A stretch of 63,967 bases of DNA, counting the filler. It is 5 parts of 5 records of this genome, joined end to end, with 100 filler letters (N's around TTAATTAATTAA, not from the genome) between each part and the next. Parts side by side here need not be neighbours in the genome. Positions count along the whole stretch, not along the records: positions 37,986 to 53,025 come from SRR22947725_1547; 4 more parts are not named here. One strand, given 5' to 3'. Position numbers and translations under genes: made by a program. Below are positions 38,344 to 50,433 of this stretch, in pieces. Numbering within the stretch: position 1 is the stretch's first letter; each line of letters opens with the position of its first letter. The notes below the pieces were generated by a model. That model was not told the DNA's origin and ran no database searches. It saw only the letters and a program-made list of their open reading frames with translations.

Positions 38344-39501
38344 ATGATGGATAAATACTTTAAATCTTCAGTTTTTAAGGACGTAATTTATTTTTTTTTA
38401 GGTTCAGTATTTGGAAGATTTTTTTCAGTAATATTAACTCCTTTTTTAGCTATTACTTTATCTCCTGCAGAATTAGGAGAGTATGATATGATTATTTCAA
38501 CTTTATTAATAGTTACACCTTTTATGAATTTACAATTAAACGAGGGTCAACTATTGTATTCACTTAAAGAAAAGAAACCTTCAAAATCTATATACACCTC
38601 ATTAGTTTTTTCAATTCTCACCTCATTAATTGGTTCTATAAGTTCATATATAATTTTAGAGTACCTAACTTATAAATATTCATTTGTTGTAAGTCTTTTG
38701 ATTTTTTTAGTTTCAATGTGGCCAATAGTTTTAACAATTTTCAGGTCTAAAAACCAATCTTTCTTATATGCACTATTTAGTTCTTTAGTCACTCCAATTT
38801 TACTTATATATTTATATGCTACACCAAATTTTAATATTGAAAGGGTTCTTCAGGGATTAGTATTAGCTTATTCAATAATTATTATTCCGATTATCTTATT
38901 TAACATAAATAAATATAATTTTAGTTTTGAATTACTTAAAAAAATAATTCGATATTCATATCCATTTATTTTTAACACTTTGTTTTGGTGGATTCAATCA
39001 ATAGCATTAAGGTACTTATTAATTTATTACGATTCAATTGAAATAGTCGGTAAGTTTGCTGTTGATTTCAAAATTGCATCTATAATAATTCTAATATCAA
39101 ATGTTCTATATATGACTCAGCAGAATAATGTGTTCACATTGAAAACATTAAATATTAATTTCAATCCATATATTTTATTAATAGTTTTAAGCTTATTAAT
39201 AGCGATTACTGCACCAATTTTTGTTGATTACTTTTTGCCAGATTTTTTCTTGTTCAATAAATCATCCTTTATTTTGATAGCCTCGGCAATGTTTCAAGGT
39301 TTTGCTATCTTTGAAGGTGTTAAATATCAAATTTCTTTTAAAAGTATGATATTACTAAAGTCCAATATTATATCTTCAATTTTAGGAGTAATAATAGCTA
39401 TACCCCTAATTTCAATTTATAGCGAACTTGGAGCTGCTATCAGCCTTTTAATTTCTAATATAATTCTTTTTTTAACGCGTAAATTTTTTTATAATGAATA
39501 A
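38344..39501 (+). CDS. wzx: Oligosaccharide flippase
   Basis: Multi-TM, LTP...LSPAELGEY, YSYPFI; very AT-rich; cluster context. Confidence 0.78.
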   Translation: MMDKYFKSSVFKDVIYFFLGSVFGRFFSVILTPFLAITLSPAELGEYDMIISTLLIVTPFMNLQLNEGQLLYSLKEKKPSKSIYTSLVFSILTSLIGSISSYIILEYLTYKYSFVVSLLIFLVSMWPIVLTIFRSKNQSFLYALFSSLVTPILLIYLYATPNFNIERVLQGLVLAYSIIIIPIILFNINKYNFSFELLKKIIRYSYPFIFNTLFWWIQSIALRYLLIYYDSIEIVGKFAVDFKIASIIILISNVLYMTQQNNVFTLKTLNINFNPYILLIVLSLLIAITAPIFVDYFLPDFFLFNKSSFILIASAMFQGFAIFEGVKYQISFKSMILLKSNIISSILGVIIAIPLISIYSELGAAISLLISNIILFLTRKFFYNE

Positions 39502-40483
39502 CAAATTTGGTATTTTCACATATCCCTCAATAAATAGTACTTTTAACTTAGGAGATTATGTACAAGGTATTGCATCTAAACAGCATTTAACATCAAACAA
39601 TGAAGTGGTATTTATTAATAGAGATGAATTAAATGTAAGTAATGAAAGTTTATCAATAATATTCAATGGTTGGTTTACTCATTTTCCGGAAAATTGGCCA
39701 CCTTCTGAAACCATTAATCCATTATTTATTTCATTTCATTTGAATTCAACAGCATACAAAATCTTAAATGACCCTAATGTTATCAAATATTTTAAAAGAT
39801 ATAGCCCTATTGGATGCAGAGATTATAGTACTAAAAAAAAACTTGAAGAGTTTAGTATCGATTGTTATTATTCAGGGTGTTTGACTACTACCCTGGGTAA
39901 ATCTTATAGAAATGAAAACCCCCAACAAAATAAAAATATTTATTTTGTTGACGTTCTTTTTAATTTAGACTATAAAAAAAGTATATTTCGTAATTTAAAG
40001 GGTTTTATAATTGATGGCTTATCGAGGTTTAAAATATTTAAATTGGGTAAGAAAAAGAAAATTTTAAATTCAATATTTTCTACAGATATAACTGATAATG
40101 CAGAATATTTAACTCACATATTAAGTGATCAAATTAAAGAAAAGGACAGGTTTAAGCTAGCTGATGAATATCTTAATAAATATTCAAAGGCAAAATTAGT
40201 TGTTACTAGCCGAATACATGTAGCACTCCCATGTCTAGCAATGGGAACTCCAGTAATTTTTTTAAATGGTGGATTTACTCATATGATGGATCACACTAGA
40301 TTTGATGGTATTACACATCTGTTAAATAAAATTGATATCGATATTGTAGGGAAAACTAGTGCAAATTTTGATGTAAAGTTACCAATAGGAATTGAGGATT
40401 TAATAGTTAACCCCCCAAAACCAATTGACATTATTACTAATTTAGAATCAAAAGCTAAAAAGTTTATTAATGAAAATAGTTGA
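39494..40483 (+). CDS. Polysaccharide pyruvyl transferase family protein
   Basis: NLGDYVQ, NGWF, IGCRD, VVTSRIH, LAMGTP. Confidence 0.85.
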   Translation: MNNKFGIFTYPSINSTFNLGDYVQGIASKQHLTSNNEVVFINRDELNVSNESLSIIFNGWFTHFPENWPPSETINPLFISFHLNSTAYKILNDPNVIKYFKRYSPIGCRDYSTKKKLEEFSIDCYYSGCLTTTLGKSYRNENPQQNKNIYFVDVLFNLDYKKSIFRNLKGFIIDGLSRFKIFKLGKKKKILNSIFSTDITDNAEYLTHILSDQIKEKDRFKLADEYLNKYSKAKLVVTSRIHVALPCLAMGTPVIFLNGGFTHMMDHTRFDGITHLLNKIDIDIVGKTSANFDVKLPIGIEDLIVNPPKPIDIITNLESKAKKFINENS

Positions 40484-41558
40484 AATAATTCCTAAATTAG
40501 ATATTGGAGGGGCTGAAGTTTTTGTAAGTTCATTATCAGTTGAGTTATCAAAAAAACATGAAGTGTTTTTAATTTCATTTGACAAACCCTCTGAAGAGTT
40601 TATCAAAAAATATAATTTTAATAATTTAAATTTAATTTTTTTAAATAAAAGGAAAGGCTTTGACATTAATCTTATTTTTAATCTATTTATACAACTAACT
40701 AGAATAAACCCTGACATCATTCATACTCATCTGCATTGTTTAGATTATGCATTATTTAGCTCAATATTTTTAAGAAAAGTCAAGTTTTATCATACTATTC
40801 ATAATCTTGCTCATACTCAGGGTAATATATACACTAGACTCTCTAGATTACCCTTTTTATTTTTTAAAAGAATAAAACTAATATCCATTTCAAAAGTAAT
40901 AGATGAATCAGTTAAATCAACTTATTATACAAATAGTAATTGCATTATACTTAATGGAAGCAATGATAAAAGTAAAGAAATTGTAAAAGATACTTCTCCG
41001 TTCATTATAGATATATTTAATAGAAAGCATAATATAAAAAAAGATACAAACATATTTATAAACCTTGCTAGGATAACTTTTCAGAAAAATCAAATAAATT
41101 TAATTGAAGCATTTAAAAACAAACCTAATTCCGTTTGTATTTTAATCGGTCCAATTGATGAAAATTACCTAAAAAAAGAGGAACTAAAGGATATCTCAAA
41201 AAATTTAATTGTAGTTGGTCCAAAAATTGATGTTACTAAATATTTTACTATATCTAATTTTTTAATTTTACCTTCATTATATGAAGGTCTTCCAATAGCA
41301 ATTTTAGAAGCGATGTCAATAGGTGTAATTCCTGTCTGTACTGGTGTTGGTGGAGTTTTAGAAGTTATTGAGAACAATACAAATGGAATAATAATTAAAT
41401 CCCCTAGCATCCATGATATATCAAGTGCAATAACTTATAGTGAGGAGCTAACTGAAAAAGAAAGATTAAATATGTCAAAAAAAGCTATTGAAGATTTTAA
41501 CTTAAAATTTTCAATGGTTAAATGTGCTAATAATTATCTAAAATTATTTAATGAATAA
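40470..41558 (+). CDS. Glycosyltransferase GT4
   Basis: GGAE, PDIIHTH, QKNQ, EGLPIAILEAM. Confidence 0.88.
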   Translation: MKIVEIIPKLDIGGAEVFVSSLSVELSKKHEVFLISFDKPSEEFIKKYNFNNLNLIFLNKRKGFDINLIFNLFIQLTRINPDIIHTHLHCLDYALFSSIFLRKVKFYHTIHNLAHTQGNIYTRLSRLPFLFFKRIKLISISKVIDESVKSTYYTNSNCIILNGSNDKSKEIVKDTSPFIIDIFNRKHNIKKDTNIFINLARITFQKNQINLIEAFKNKPNSVCILIGPIDENYLKKEELKDISKNLIVVGPKIDVTKYFTISNFLILPSLYEGLPIAILEAMSIGVIPVCTGVGGVLEVIENNTNGIIIKSPSIHDISSAITYSEELTEKERLNMSKKAIEDFNLKFSMVKCANNYLKLFNE

Positions 41559-42744
41559 TTCACTATTTAAAATTTGGATTTTATTATTTTATTTCCCTGT
41601 AATTTCAGGATTCATTTTAAAGAATCTAGGGTTAGGTTATAATATAATAAATTTAATTTTTTTATTCAATGAAATTATTTTGATTACATTAGGTTTATTT
41701 TTAATGAAATTTAAAGTTAACAAAATTGCTTTTATTTCTTTATCCATAATAGTAACAGCTTTTATTGGTTTTTTTTTCAAGAGTGTTAATTTAATCGATT
41801 ATCTTGTACCTGTAATAGTTTTAAATAGATTTGTTATTTTTGTCGGATTTATAAATGAGAAGGATGAAAAGAACTATCTTCTAGCAAAAAAAATATTTAC
41901 ATTATTTATTTATTCTCAATTAATTATTGGACTTTTTCAAATATTTTTACCCTCATTAATTATAGATTTGACTCTTCCAGTTCAGCCCGCTGAAGGTTAT
42001 AAGGTAATAGCTCCATCATTTGAATCTTGGGACGGAACTATTTTTGGGTTGTTTTCAGACACTATAAGTTATCCATTTACTCTAGTTATTGGTTATTTGT
42101 TTTTTTTAAAAGAAAAGAAAATAAATTTACTGATGACAATTTTATTTGGAATCTGTATCATTCAAGCAAAATCTATAATTGCATCAATATTTTTCATCTA
42201 TTTAGTAATTGATCAGTTTAAAAAAATAAATAAAAAATTAATTATAATTTCAGCAATTTTCACAGCCCTGATTTCTCTTAATATAATTTTAAATCAGATT
42301 GATTTTTATAATATCTATAAAATGTTTTTAGATCAAAGATTAGGTATTATTCTTTGGGTATTTCCCGAATTAATTTTTAATACTTCCTTAGATCAGATTC
42401 TATTTGGAGTAGGGATAGGTGAGGGTTTAGAAACTTTTATTTATGGGATGAAAAATGTTCCCGGCCTATTTTTGTACGACAGTGAGGGGTTAAATGGGTT
42501 AAATGATGTTTATTATGTGGCTATTATGTCTTATTATGGCTTAATAGGTTTAGTAACAATATTTACTTTTTATTATTATTTTAACAAACAATGGGGGGTC
42601 TCTAAATTTTCAAGATATGCAATATTATTTGTGTTAATTTCATTAATGGTAAATCAAACAACTCAATTGAGTTTTTTCTCATTATTATTCTACTCACATA
42701 TAAATTTATTAAATTCAAGGTCAGAGTATCAACTTGAAGTATAA
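41551..42744 (+). CDS. wzy: Putative O-antigen/polysaccharide polymerase
   Basis: Highly hydrophobic multi-TM protein, LFGVGIG, YYGLIG; cluster context. Confidence 0.65.
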   Translation: MNNSLFKIWILLFYFPVISGFILKNLGLGYNIINLIFLFNEIILITLGLFLMKFKVNKIAFISLSIIVTAFIGFFFKSVNLIDYLVPVIVLNRFVIFVGFINEKDEKNYLLAKKIFTLFIYSQLIIGLFQIFLPSLIIDLTLPVQPAEGYKVIAPSFESWDGTIFGLFSDTISYPFTLVIGYLFFLKEKKINLLMTILFGICIIQAKSIIASIFFIYLVIDQFKKINKKLIIISAIFTALISLNIILNQIDFYNIYKMFLDQRLGIILWVFPELIFNTSLDQILFGVGIGEGLETFIYGMKNVPGLFLYDSEGLNGLNDVYYVAIMSYYGLIGLVTIFTFYYYFNKQWGVSKFSRYAILFVLISLMVNQTTQLSFFSLLFYSHINLLNSRSEYQLEV

Positions 42745-42798
42745 GAGTTTTAAAATAAAATAAAGCCAAATTTAATATTACTTAATTAACTATTAGAA

Positions 42799-44226
42799 AT
42801 GAAAATAAAAAATATTTGTTGTTTAGGAGCGGGTTATGTTGGGGGACCTACCATGGCGGTATTGGCACAAAAGTGTCCACATATTAAAGTTACTGTTGTT
42901 GATTTAAATACACAAAGAATTGCAGATTGGAACGACAATGATTTAAATAAACTACCAATTTATGAACCAGGTTTAGCTCATGTTATAAAAGAAGCTCGAG
43001 GGAGAAATTTATTCTTTTCTACTGACGTAGATAATGCAATATCAGAGGCAGAAATGATATTTATTTCAGTTAATACACCAACAAAAAACTATGGGGTTGG
43101 AAAAGGGATGGCAGCTGACTTAAAATACATAGAGCTTTGTGCAAGACAAATTGCAAAAGTTTCCAAAGAAGATAAAATCATTGTTGAAAAATCTACTTTG
43201 CCTGTTCGAACTGCCGAAACCCTGAAAACAATATTAGATTCAACTGGAAATGGGGTTAAATTTGAAATTATTTCGAATCCAGAATTTTTAGCAGAAGGAA
43301 CTGCAATAAATGATTTACACTTCCCTGACCGTGTATTAATTGGTGGAGGTGATAATATTGAAGGCTTAAACGCAATAGATTCTTTGGTTGAAGTTTATAG
43401 TAATTGGGTTTCGAGAGAAAAAATTTTAACAACAAAAATATGGTCTGCAGAATTATCTAAATTAACTGCTAATGCTTTTTTAGCCCAGAGAGTTTCTTCC
43501 ATAAATTCTATTTCAGCTTTGTGTGAACAAACGGGTGCAGATGTTGATGAGGTAGCAAAAGCTATTGGTATGGATAGTCGTATTGGGTCTAAATTTTTAA
43601 AAGCTTCTGTAGGTTTTGGTGGTTCTTGTTTTCAAAAAGATATTTTAAATTTGGTTTATATATGCAGGCATTTTAATTTGAAGGAAGTGGCAAATTATTG
43701 GGAACAGGTCATAAAAATAAATGATTATCAGGAAAATCGTTTTGCAAATAATATTATGAAATCTTTATTTAATACTGTGTCTAGTAAAAAAATTACATTC
43801 TTAGGATGGGCTTTTAAAAAAGACACAAACGATAGCCGAGAATCTGCTGCGATCTATGTCGCAGATAAATTATTGCAAGACAGGGCCGAAATCCACGTAT
43901 TTGATCCCAAGGTGAATGAAGAGCAAATATATTCGGATTTAGATTATTTACAAAATAATAGATTAGGATTACAAACAAATAAAAGTGATTTTTTAAGTAA
44001 AGAGGAAATTAGAAAATTAGTGACTGTTCATTATAATCCTTATAAAGCTCTAGATCAGTCCCATGCCATTGCGATCCTTACAGAATGGGATGAATTTAAA
44101 ACATACGATTGGCAGAAAATTTATAATAATATGATTAAACCCGCTTTTATCTTTGATGGCCGTAATATTTTGTCGTCAAAAGAGTTGAAAGATATTGGGT
44201 TTATAACGCATACAATAGGAAAATAA
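42799..44226 (+). CDS. ugd: UDP-glucose 6-dehydrogenase
   Basis: [41 protein letters not shown]. Confidence 0.95.
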   Translation: MKIKNICCLGAGYVGGPTMAVLAQKCPHIKVTVVDLNTQRIADWNDNDLNKLPIYEPGLAHVIKEARGRNLFFSTDVDNAISEAEMIFISVNTPTKNYGVGKGMAADLKYIELCARQIAKVSKEDKIIVEKSTLPVRTAETLKTILDSTGNGVKFEIISNPEFLAEGTAINDLHFPDRVLIGGGDNIEGLNAIDSLVEVYSNWVSREKILTTKIWSAELSKLTANAFLAQRVSSINSISALCEQTGADVDEVAKAIGMDSRIGSKFLKASVGFGGSCFQKDILNLVYICRHFNLKEVANYWEQVIKINDYQENRFANNIMKSLFNTVSSKKITFLGWAFKKDTNDSRESAAIYVADKLLQDRAEIHVFDPKVNEEQIYSDLDYLQNNRLGLQTNKSDFLSKEEIRKLVTVHYNPYKALDQSHAIAILTEWDEFKTYDWQKIYNNMIKPAFIFDGRNILSSKELKDIGFITHTIGK

Positions 44227-44231
44227 TAATT

Positions 44232-45182
44232 ATGACGAGAATATTAGTTACAGGGGGTGCTGGATTTGTTGGTTCGCACTTGTGTGAAAAATTGCTAAAA
44301 GAGGGAAATGAAGTAATTTGTTTAGATAATTATTTTACAGGAAGTAAAAAAAATGTAGAGCATTTATTAGATAACAATAATTTTGAACTTGTACGACATG
44401 ATGTCATAAACCCTTACTTTGTCGAAGTTGATGAGATTTATAATTTAGCTTGCCCAGCTTCACCGCCCCATTATCAGTTCAACCCTATAAAAACAATGAA
44501 AACTTCTGTGTTGGGTGCCATTAATATGTTAGGTCTAGCTAAGAGAGTAAATGCAAAAATATTACAAGCTTCTACTAGTGAGGTTTATGGAGATCCGACT
44601 GTGCATCCACAAGTAGAAAGCTATTGGGGAAATGTAAATCCAATAGGAATTAGATCTTGCTATGATGAAGGTAAAAGATCTGCAGAAACTTTATTTATGG
44701 ATTATCACAAGGAAAATGATGTCAAAATAAAAATAGTAAGAATATTTAATACTTATGGACCTAGAATGAACCCAAAGGATGGTCGTGTTGTTTCAAACTT
44801 CATTATGCAAGCTTTAAGAGGTGATGATATAACAATATATGGAACAGGAAACCAAACAAGAAGTTTTCAATATGTTGATGACCTGGTAGAGGGAATGATT
44901 CGAACAATGAATTCTGAAGATTCGTTTCTTGGACCAGTAAACATAGGTAATCCAGATGAATTTACAATGATTGAATTAGCTAATAAAATTTTAAGAATAA
45001 CAAAATCTAAATCTAAACTTATTTATGAAGATTTACCCGAAGACGATCCCTTGCAAAGACAACCAGATATCAATTTGGCATATCAAAAATTAAATGGGTG
45101 GATGCCTGAAGTTAAATTAGATTTAGGTTTGAAAAAAACAATTTTATTTTTTAGTGATTTAATAGAAAGTGAAATAAAATAA
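44232..45182 (+). CDS. UDP-glucuronate decarboxylase (UDP-xylose synthase)
   Basis: [50 protein letters not shown]. Confidence 0.92.
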   Translation: MTRILVTGGAGFVGSHLCEKLLKEGNEVICLDNYFTGSKKNVEHLLDNNNFELVRHDVINPYFVEVDEIYNLACPASPPHYQFNPIKTMKTSVLGAINMLGLAKRVNAKILQASTSEVYGDPTVHPQVESYWGNVNPIGIRSCYDEGKRSAETLFMDYHKENDVKIKIVRIFNTYGPRMNPKDGRVVSNFIMQALRGDDITIYGTGNQTRSFQYVDDLVEGMIRTMNSEDSFLGPVNIGNPDEFTMIELANKILRITKSKSKLIYEDLPEDDPLQRQPDINLAYQKLNGWMPEVKLDLGLKKTILFFSDLIESEIK

Positions 45183-45209
45183 GTTTTCATTTTAATTTTT
45201 TTAATAATT

Positions 45210-46502
45210 ATGAATATATTAATTTGTGCCCACGAGTTCAGCCCAATTCAAGGTTCAGAGTGTGCCGAAGGATGGAATATTGTTCAAGGTCTAGTCAAAA
45301 ATAAACAGATAAATATAACGGTTTTGTATGCTAGAGGTTCTCAATACTCACCAAATTCATATCTAAATGCAGTACAAGAGTATTATAATAACCTTCAATT
45401 AGAAGTTAATTTAAAATTGATTGCTGTAGATCAGCCTAAAATCACTCTGTTAATAGCAAAGTTTAATAAGTTTGTCACAGGTAATAAAGGCAGTATTGGT
45501 TTTCCTATTTTTTATTATTTAGGATATACTTTTTGGCAAAGAAAAGCATATCAAGTAACTAAAAAATTAATGGTTAAACAAGATTTTGATTTAATTCATC
45601 ACTTAACACAAATTACTTATAGGGAACCTGGGTTTTTATGGAAAACAAATATACCGTTTGTTTGGGGACCAACTGGAGGATTAGAAGGTGTCTCAATACA
45701 GTTACTCAAAAGTTTAAGTTTTAGACAAAAAATATTTGAGTTAATTAGGAATTCTTCAAATTTTTTACAGTATCACTTTAAATTAAGAATAAAAAAGGCC
45801 TTAAAAAAGTCTAAGGTAGTCTACGCTTTTTCAGAATATGACAGGAAAAGATTCTCTAAATTAAATTCTAATGTAAAAATATTACTAGATTCAGGAACAA
45901 CCCCAATAAATAAAACAGTAATAAGATGTTATAATGAGACACATACAAAACTAAATATAATTTGGGTCGGTCAATTAATTGAACGTAAGGGGCTTATTTT
46001 GCTGATTAAAGCATTAGAAAAAGTAGAAAACGTTAATAAAAAGCTAAACGTCAATATTTTAGGAAGTGGTCCTTTAAAGGATTTTTATAAAAAAGAAATT
46101 TCAAAAAGATCTTTAAGTTGTGTGAATTTTTTGGGAAGTATACCACACAAAGAAGTGCAAAGTGTTTTTAGGAATTCTCATATTTTAATACATACAAGCT
46201 ATAGGGAAGCAACAACACACGTTGTTCCTGAAGCTTTATCGACAGGTTTACCTATTTTATGTCATGATTCTTTTGGTTTAAGTATTGCAGTTACAAAAGA
46301 GTGTGGATTAAAAGTTCCATTAGAGAGTTTTACTAAAAGTATTGAAGGTTTTTCAAAAAATATAGAACATATCCTTAGTAACCCTAAAATAATTAAAAAA
46401 CTCTCAGAAGGAGCTATAATAAGATCTAAAGAGTTAAGTTGGGACTCCATGGTAGAAAAAATTACCGATGATTACTTTAAAATAATTGAAGAACTTAAAT
46501 AA
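45210..46502 (+). CDS. Glycosyltransferase GT4
   Basis: GSE..GW, WGP.GG, RKG, EATTHVVPEAL. Confidence 0.82.
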   Translation: MNILICAHEFSPIQGSECAEGWNIVQGLVKNKQINITVLYARGSQYSPNSYLNAVQEYYNNLQLEVNLKLIAVDQPKITLLIAKFNKFVTGNKGSIGFPIFYYLGYTFWQRKAYQVTKKLMVKQDFDLIHHLTQITYREPGFLWKTNIPFVWGPTGGLEGVSIQLLKSLSFRQKIFELIRNSSNFLQYHFKLRIKKALKKSKVVYAFSEYDRKRFSKLNSNVKILLDSGTTPINKTVIRCYNETHTKLNIIWVGQLIERKGLILLIKALEKVENVNKKLNVNILGSGPLKDFYKKEISKRSLSCVNFLGSIPHKEVQSVFRNSHILIHTSYREATTHVVPEALSTGLPILCHDSFGLSIAVTKECGLKVPLESFTKSIEGFSKNIEHILSNPKIIKKLSEGAIIRSKELSWDSMVEKITDDYFKIIEELK

Positions 46503-46505
46503 TTT

Positions 46506-47747
46506 ATGAAAATATTATTAATCAACAACACTCATTATGTAGGCGGAGGTGCAGATAGGGTTTATATTAATACTGCAAATTTACTTATAGATAATGGCCA
46601 TGAAGTAATTTTCTTTAGTACAAAACATGAAAATAATTTAAAAACCGACTCTTCTTCTTATTTTATTAATAAGAAAGATTATAGGGATGCTAACTTTATT
46701 GAAAAAATAAAAGGAGTAAAAGAATATTTATACAATGACGAAACAATTCAAAAGTTAAATGAATTAATTAAAGATAAAAAACCGGATATTGCACACCTCC
46801 ATTTATTTTATGGAGGTCTTTCTTCGTCGGTTTTAAAAACATTAAAACTTAATAATATTCCTATCATAAAAACGGTACATGATTATAGACTTCTTTGTCC
46901 TGCAAACTCTTTTCTTAATTCTAAAAATGAAATATGTGAGAAGTGTAAACCAAAGAAATACTACAATTGTTCTTTAAATAAATGTTCTGAGAATAATTTA
47001 TTTTATAGTTCAATCCTAGCAATGGAAGGTTATTTAAGACGTGTTATAGACCCTCTAAATTATATAAATCATTTCATATTCGTTAGTGATTTTTCCAAGC
47101 GGAAACATATTGAATTTGATATAAGATATAAAAATAAGAGTTCACATTTATATAATTTCACTACTATTCCACCAAAGAATAAAATTATTAAAGGAGAATA
47201 CTTTTTGTTTTTTGGTAGAATTTCTAAAGAAAAAGGAATCCATACATTACTAAAAGCTTTTTCAGTACTAAATATTAAAATTAAAGTTGTTGGAGATGGT
47301 CCAATTAAAAATGAATTAAAAGAAAAATATAAATCTGAAAATATTGAGTTTTTAGGACATAAATCAGGTGTTGAATTAACTGAAGTTTTGAAAAAAGCTA
47401 ATTTCGTTATAGTGCCCTCTGAATGGTATGAAAATAACCCTATGACCATAATAGAAGCGTATTCTCTGGGTAAGCCAGTTATCGGTGCTAAAATAGGTGG
47501 TATTCCTGAGATTGTAATAAATAAACAGACAGGGTTTCTATTTGAATCAAGAAATGTGAATGAATTAGTTGAAATTATTAATTTTTCAAATAGTATAGAT
47601 TTAACTGATTACGAAAAACTTTCAAAAAACGCAAGAGACTTTGCATTATTCAATTTCTCTGAAGAAAAAAATTATCAACATTTAATAAATGTATATAAAA
47701 GAATCATAAGTGAAAATGAAAAAAATAATAGAAATTTTAATAGCTAA
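46506..47747 (+). CDS. Glycosyltransferase GT4
   Basis: [29 protein letters not shown]. Confidence 0.88.
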   Translation: MKILLINNTHYVGGGADRVYINTANLLIDNGHEVIFFSTKHENNLKTDSSSYFINKKDYRDANFIEKIKGVKEYLYNDETIQKLNELIKDKKPDIAHLHLFYGGLSSSVLKTLKLNNIPIIKTVHDYRLLCPANSFLNSKNEICEKCKPKKYYNCSLNKCSENNLFYSSILAMEGYLRRVIDPLNYINHFIFVSDFSKRKHIEFDIRYKNKSSHLYNFTTIPPKNKIIKGEYFLFFGRISKEKGIHTLLKAFSVLNIKIKVVGDGPIKNELKEKYKSENIEFLGHKSGVELTEVLKKANFVIVPSEWYENNPMTIIEAYSLGKPVIGAKIGGIPEIVINKQTGFLFESRNVNELVEIINFSNSIDLTDYEKLSKNARDFALFNFSEEKNYQHLINVYKRIISENEKNNRNFNS

Positions 47748-48423
47748 GTTAGGAAGATATAATTATAGTCTAGATAAATCGATTACTAGTTTTGATCTTT
47801 TTTTAGTGATGTATAGAATGTCATTTCAATTATTAATGGGACTTTATTTAAAACTATTCTTAAAATCATCTAAAGGAATAGTCTTTGTGGGAAGACGTAC
47901 TAGAATATATCATAAAAATAAAATTTCTGTTGGTAGAACTTTAAATATTGGTCATAATGTTTATATAAATGCACTTTCTGTGCATGGTATAACTATAGGT
48001 AATAATTTTACATTAAAAGATAATTGTATTATAGATTGCACTGGGGTATTAAGAAGTTTAGGGCAAGGCCTTAGAATTGGCAATAATGTAGGTATATCTG
48101 AAAACTGTCATATTCAAGTTCGAGGTAATGTTGTAATAGGGGATAATGTAATTCTTGGTCCAAATGTTTCGATATTTTCAGAAAATCATAATTTTTCTGA
48201 TCTAGATATTCCAATAAATCTTCAAGGAGAATCAAGAAAAGGTGTTAAAATAAATGATGGAGTATGGATTGGTTCACGAGCTACTATCTTAGATGGAGTT
48301 TCTATAGGAGAAAATAGTATAATAGCTGCTGGGAGTGTAGTTGTTAAAGACGTACCACCCTTTTCAATAGTTGGTGGTGTTCCTGCTAAAGTTTTAAAAC
48401 AAAGAAAACAAATTAATAAATAA
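47716..48423 (+). CDS. Hexapeptide-repeat O-acyltransferase
   Basis: Left-handed beta-helix repeats, ENHNF, VWIG, GVPAK. Confidence 0.88.
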   Translation: MKKIIEILIAKLGRYNYSLDKSITSFDLFLVMYRMSFQLLMGLYLKLFLKSSKGIVFVGRRTRIYHKNKISVGRTLNIGHNVYINALSVHGITIGNNFTLKDNCIIDCTGVLRSLGQGLRIGNNVGISENCHIQVRGNVVIGDNVILGPNVSIFSENHNFSDLDIPINLQGESRKGVKINDGVWIGSRATILDGVSIGENSIIAAGSVVVKDVPPFSIVGGVPAKVLKQRKQINK

Positions 48424-48431
48424 CAATAAAA

Positions 48432-49331
48432 ATGAAGAAAAAAATTTACATCGCTGGAAGTGGCGGAATGTTGGGAGAAGCTTTTTATTCTCAATTTAAA
48501 AACGACTATGTATTAAAATGTACTGATAAAGACGTAAACGAAGATTGGTTATCATATTTGGATTTTAGAGATAATGAAGCATATGTAAAAGATGTAGAAT
48601 TCTTTAAGCCTGATTACCTTTTTCATATAGGAGCGTATACCGATTTAGAGTTCTGCGAGAAAAATGCAGATGATACCTACAATACAAATACTTTAGCAGT
48701 TGAAAATGCTGTACGAATAGCAAATAGCTTAAATATTCCATTATTATATATCAGTACAGCTGGTATTTTTGATGGAAAAAAAGAACTTTATGATGATTGG
48801 GATTTACCAAACCCATTAGGAGTTTATGCTAGATCTAAATATATGGGTGAACGTTATGTATGCGAAAATGCTGATAGATTTTTAGTTTGTAGAGCAGGAT
48901 GGATGATGGGGTCTGGGCCTAAAAAAGATAAAAAATTCATTCAAAAATTAATGAAGCAAATTAAAGATGGTAACAAAGAGTTATTCATCGTTGATGATAA
49001 AGATGGAACTCCAACTTACACTCACGATTTTGCTAAGAATGTAAAATTATTAATTGAAAAAGAATACTGGGGACTATATAACTTAGTATGTGGAGGTCAA
49101 ACTAGTAGATTAGAGGTAACAAATGAGTTGTTAAGATTATTAAACTTACAAGAAGAAATTAAAGTAACATCTGTAAAATCTGATCACTTTAAAGATATTT
49201 ATTTTGCTGAAAGACCACCAAATGAAAGATTAATAAACAAAAAATTAGATATCCGTGGCTTAAATATAATGCAAGATTGGAAAGCTGCATTAAAAGAGTA
49301 TATTGATAATTACTACCAAGATTATTTATAA
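48432..49331 (+). CDS. RmlD-like NAD(P)-dependent sugar reductase (SDR)
   Basis: AGSGGMLG, YISTA.IFDG, P.PLGVYARSK, GTPTY, RP. Confidence 0.8.
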   Translation: MKKKIYIAGSGGMLGEAFYSQFKNDYVLKCTDKDVNEDWLSYLDFRDNEAYVKDVEFFKPDYLFHIGAYTDLEFCEKNADDTYNTNTLAVENAVRIANSLNIPLLYISTAGIFDGKKELYDDWDLPNPLGVYARSKYMGERYVCENADRFLVCRAGWMMGSGPKKDKKFIQKLMKQIKDGNKELFIVDDKDGTPTYTHDFAKNVKLLIEKEYWGLYNLVCGGQTSRLEVTNELLRLLNLQEEIKVTSVKSDHFKDIYFAERPPNERLINKKLDIRGLNIMQDWKAALKEYIDNYYQDYL

Positions 49332-49344
49332 TCTTAACTAAAAT

Positions 49345-50415
49345 ATGAATAGAATAAAGAAAAAAAAAATAGCCATTATTGGTTCTCATGGCTTGTATGC
49401 TAGTTATGGAGGGTGGGATCAATTAGTTAATAATTTGGCAGAGAATAAGTCAGATAACATAGAATATATTATATATAATTCTTCTTGTACAAAATTTGTT
49501 AAAGAACCACCTAAGGGGGTCTCAGTGCAAAGGTTAATTTTTAAAGCTGAAGGTTGGCAGGGGTTCTTATTTGATTTTTATTCAATTATATTGTCTTATT
49601 TTAATACGGACGCTTTACTATTATTAGGTGCCCAGGGTATGCCGATAATACCTTTCTTAGGTCTTTTTAAAAATCAAAAAGTTATTATTAATATAGGTGG
49701 GGTTGAGTGGGAGAGACCTAAGTATAATAAGTTAATAAAAAAATATTTTAAATATTGTTTTAAACTTTGCTTAAATAAGTCAAGAACTATTATTATTGAT
49801 AATGAACATTATAAAACTTTCATTCCTACTAATAGTAATTGTACCTCATTAGTAATTCCTTATGGTGGAACTATAGATGACTCTCTGGAGATTAATAGTT
49901 ACTTAATTAAAAAATATCCATTTCTTACAAAAGATTATTTTTTATCTATAAGTAGATCTTTAGAAGACAATAAATTAGATGAATTATGTCACATTTTTAA
50001 AGATTCAGATAAAGTGTTAGTTTTAATTTCAAATTTTTCCAAATCTGAGTATGGTAAAAATGTTTTAAATAAGTATAGTAATATAAATAATATACACTTG
50101 ATAGATGGTTTATATTATAAACCTGAATTAGACCTAGTTAGAAGAAAGTGTTTAGCATATATCCATACACATACTTTGTGTGGAACTGCCCCTTCATTAG
50201 TTGAAATGATAGTCTCAGGTAGGCCAATATTATCAATAGACATTCCGCAAAATAGATATACCTTAAAAGATAAAGGTTATTTTTTCAAAAACTTTGAGGA
50301 TTTACGGTCTCATTTAAAACTTAATAATTCTATGGAATGTTATATTCCAAAAAAAGACTTAATTTCAAGTTATTCATGGATAAATATTGTTAAAAAATAT
50401 GAGTCAATTTATTAA
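49345..50415 (+). CDS. DUF1972-domain glycosyltransferase (rhamnosyltransferase-like)
   Basis: IAIIGSHG..A.YGG, GVEWER.KY, IPYG, GTAPSLVEM. Confidence 0.78.
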   Translation: MNRIKKKKIAIIGSHGLYASYGGWDQLVNNLAENKSDNIEYIIYNSSCTKFVKEPPKGVSVQRLIFKAEGWQGFLFDFYSIILSYFNTDALLLLGAQGMPIIPFLGLFKNQKVIINIGGVEWERPKYNKLIKKYFKYCFKLCLNKSRTIIIDNEHYKTFIPTNSNCTSLVIPYGGTIDDSLEINSYLIKKYPFLTKDYFLSISRSLEDNKLDELCHIFKDSDKVLVLISNFSKSEYGKNVLNKYSNINNIHLIDGLYYKPELDLVRRKCLAYIHTHTLCGTAPSLVEMIVSGRPILSIDIPQNRYTLKDKGYFFKNFEDLRSHLKLNNSMECYIPKKDLISSYSWINIVKKYESIY

Positions 50416-50433
50416 AAATTAAATATCATTCAG

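Noticed and set aside
43940-44010. Apparent short insertion in Ugd ([15 protein letters not shown])
   Set aside because: Falls in a variable C-terminal loop; too short and without motifs for an intein or other mobile insertion.
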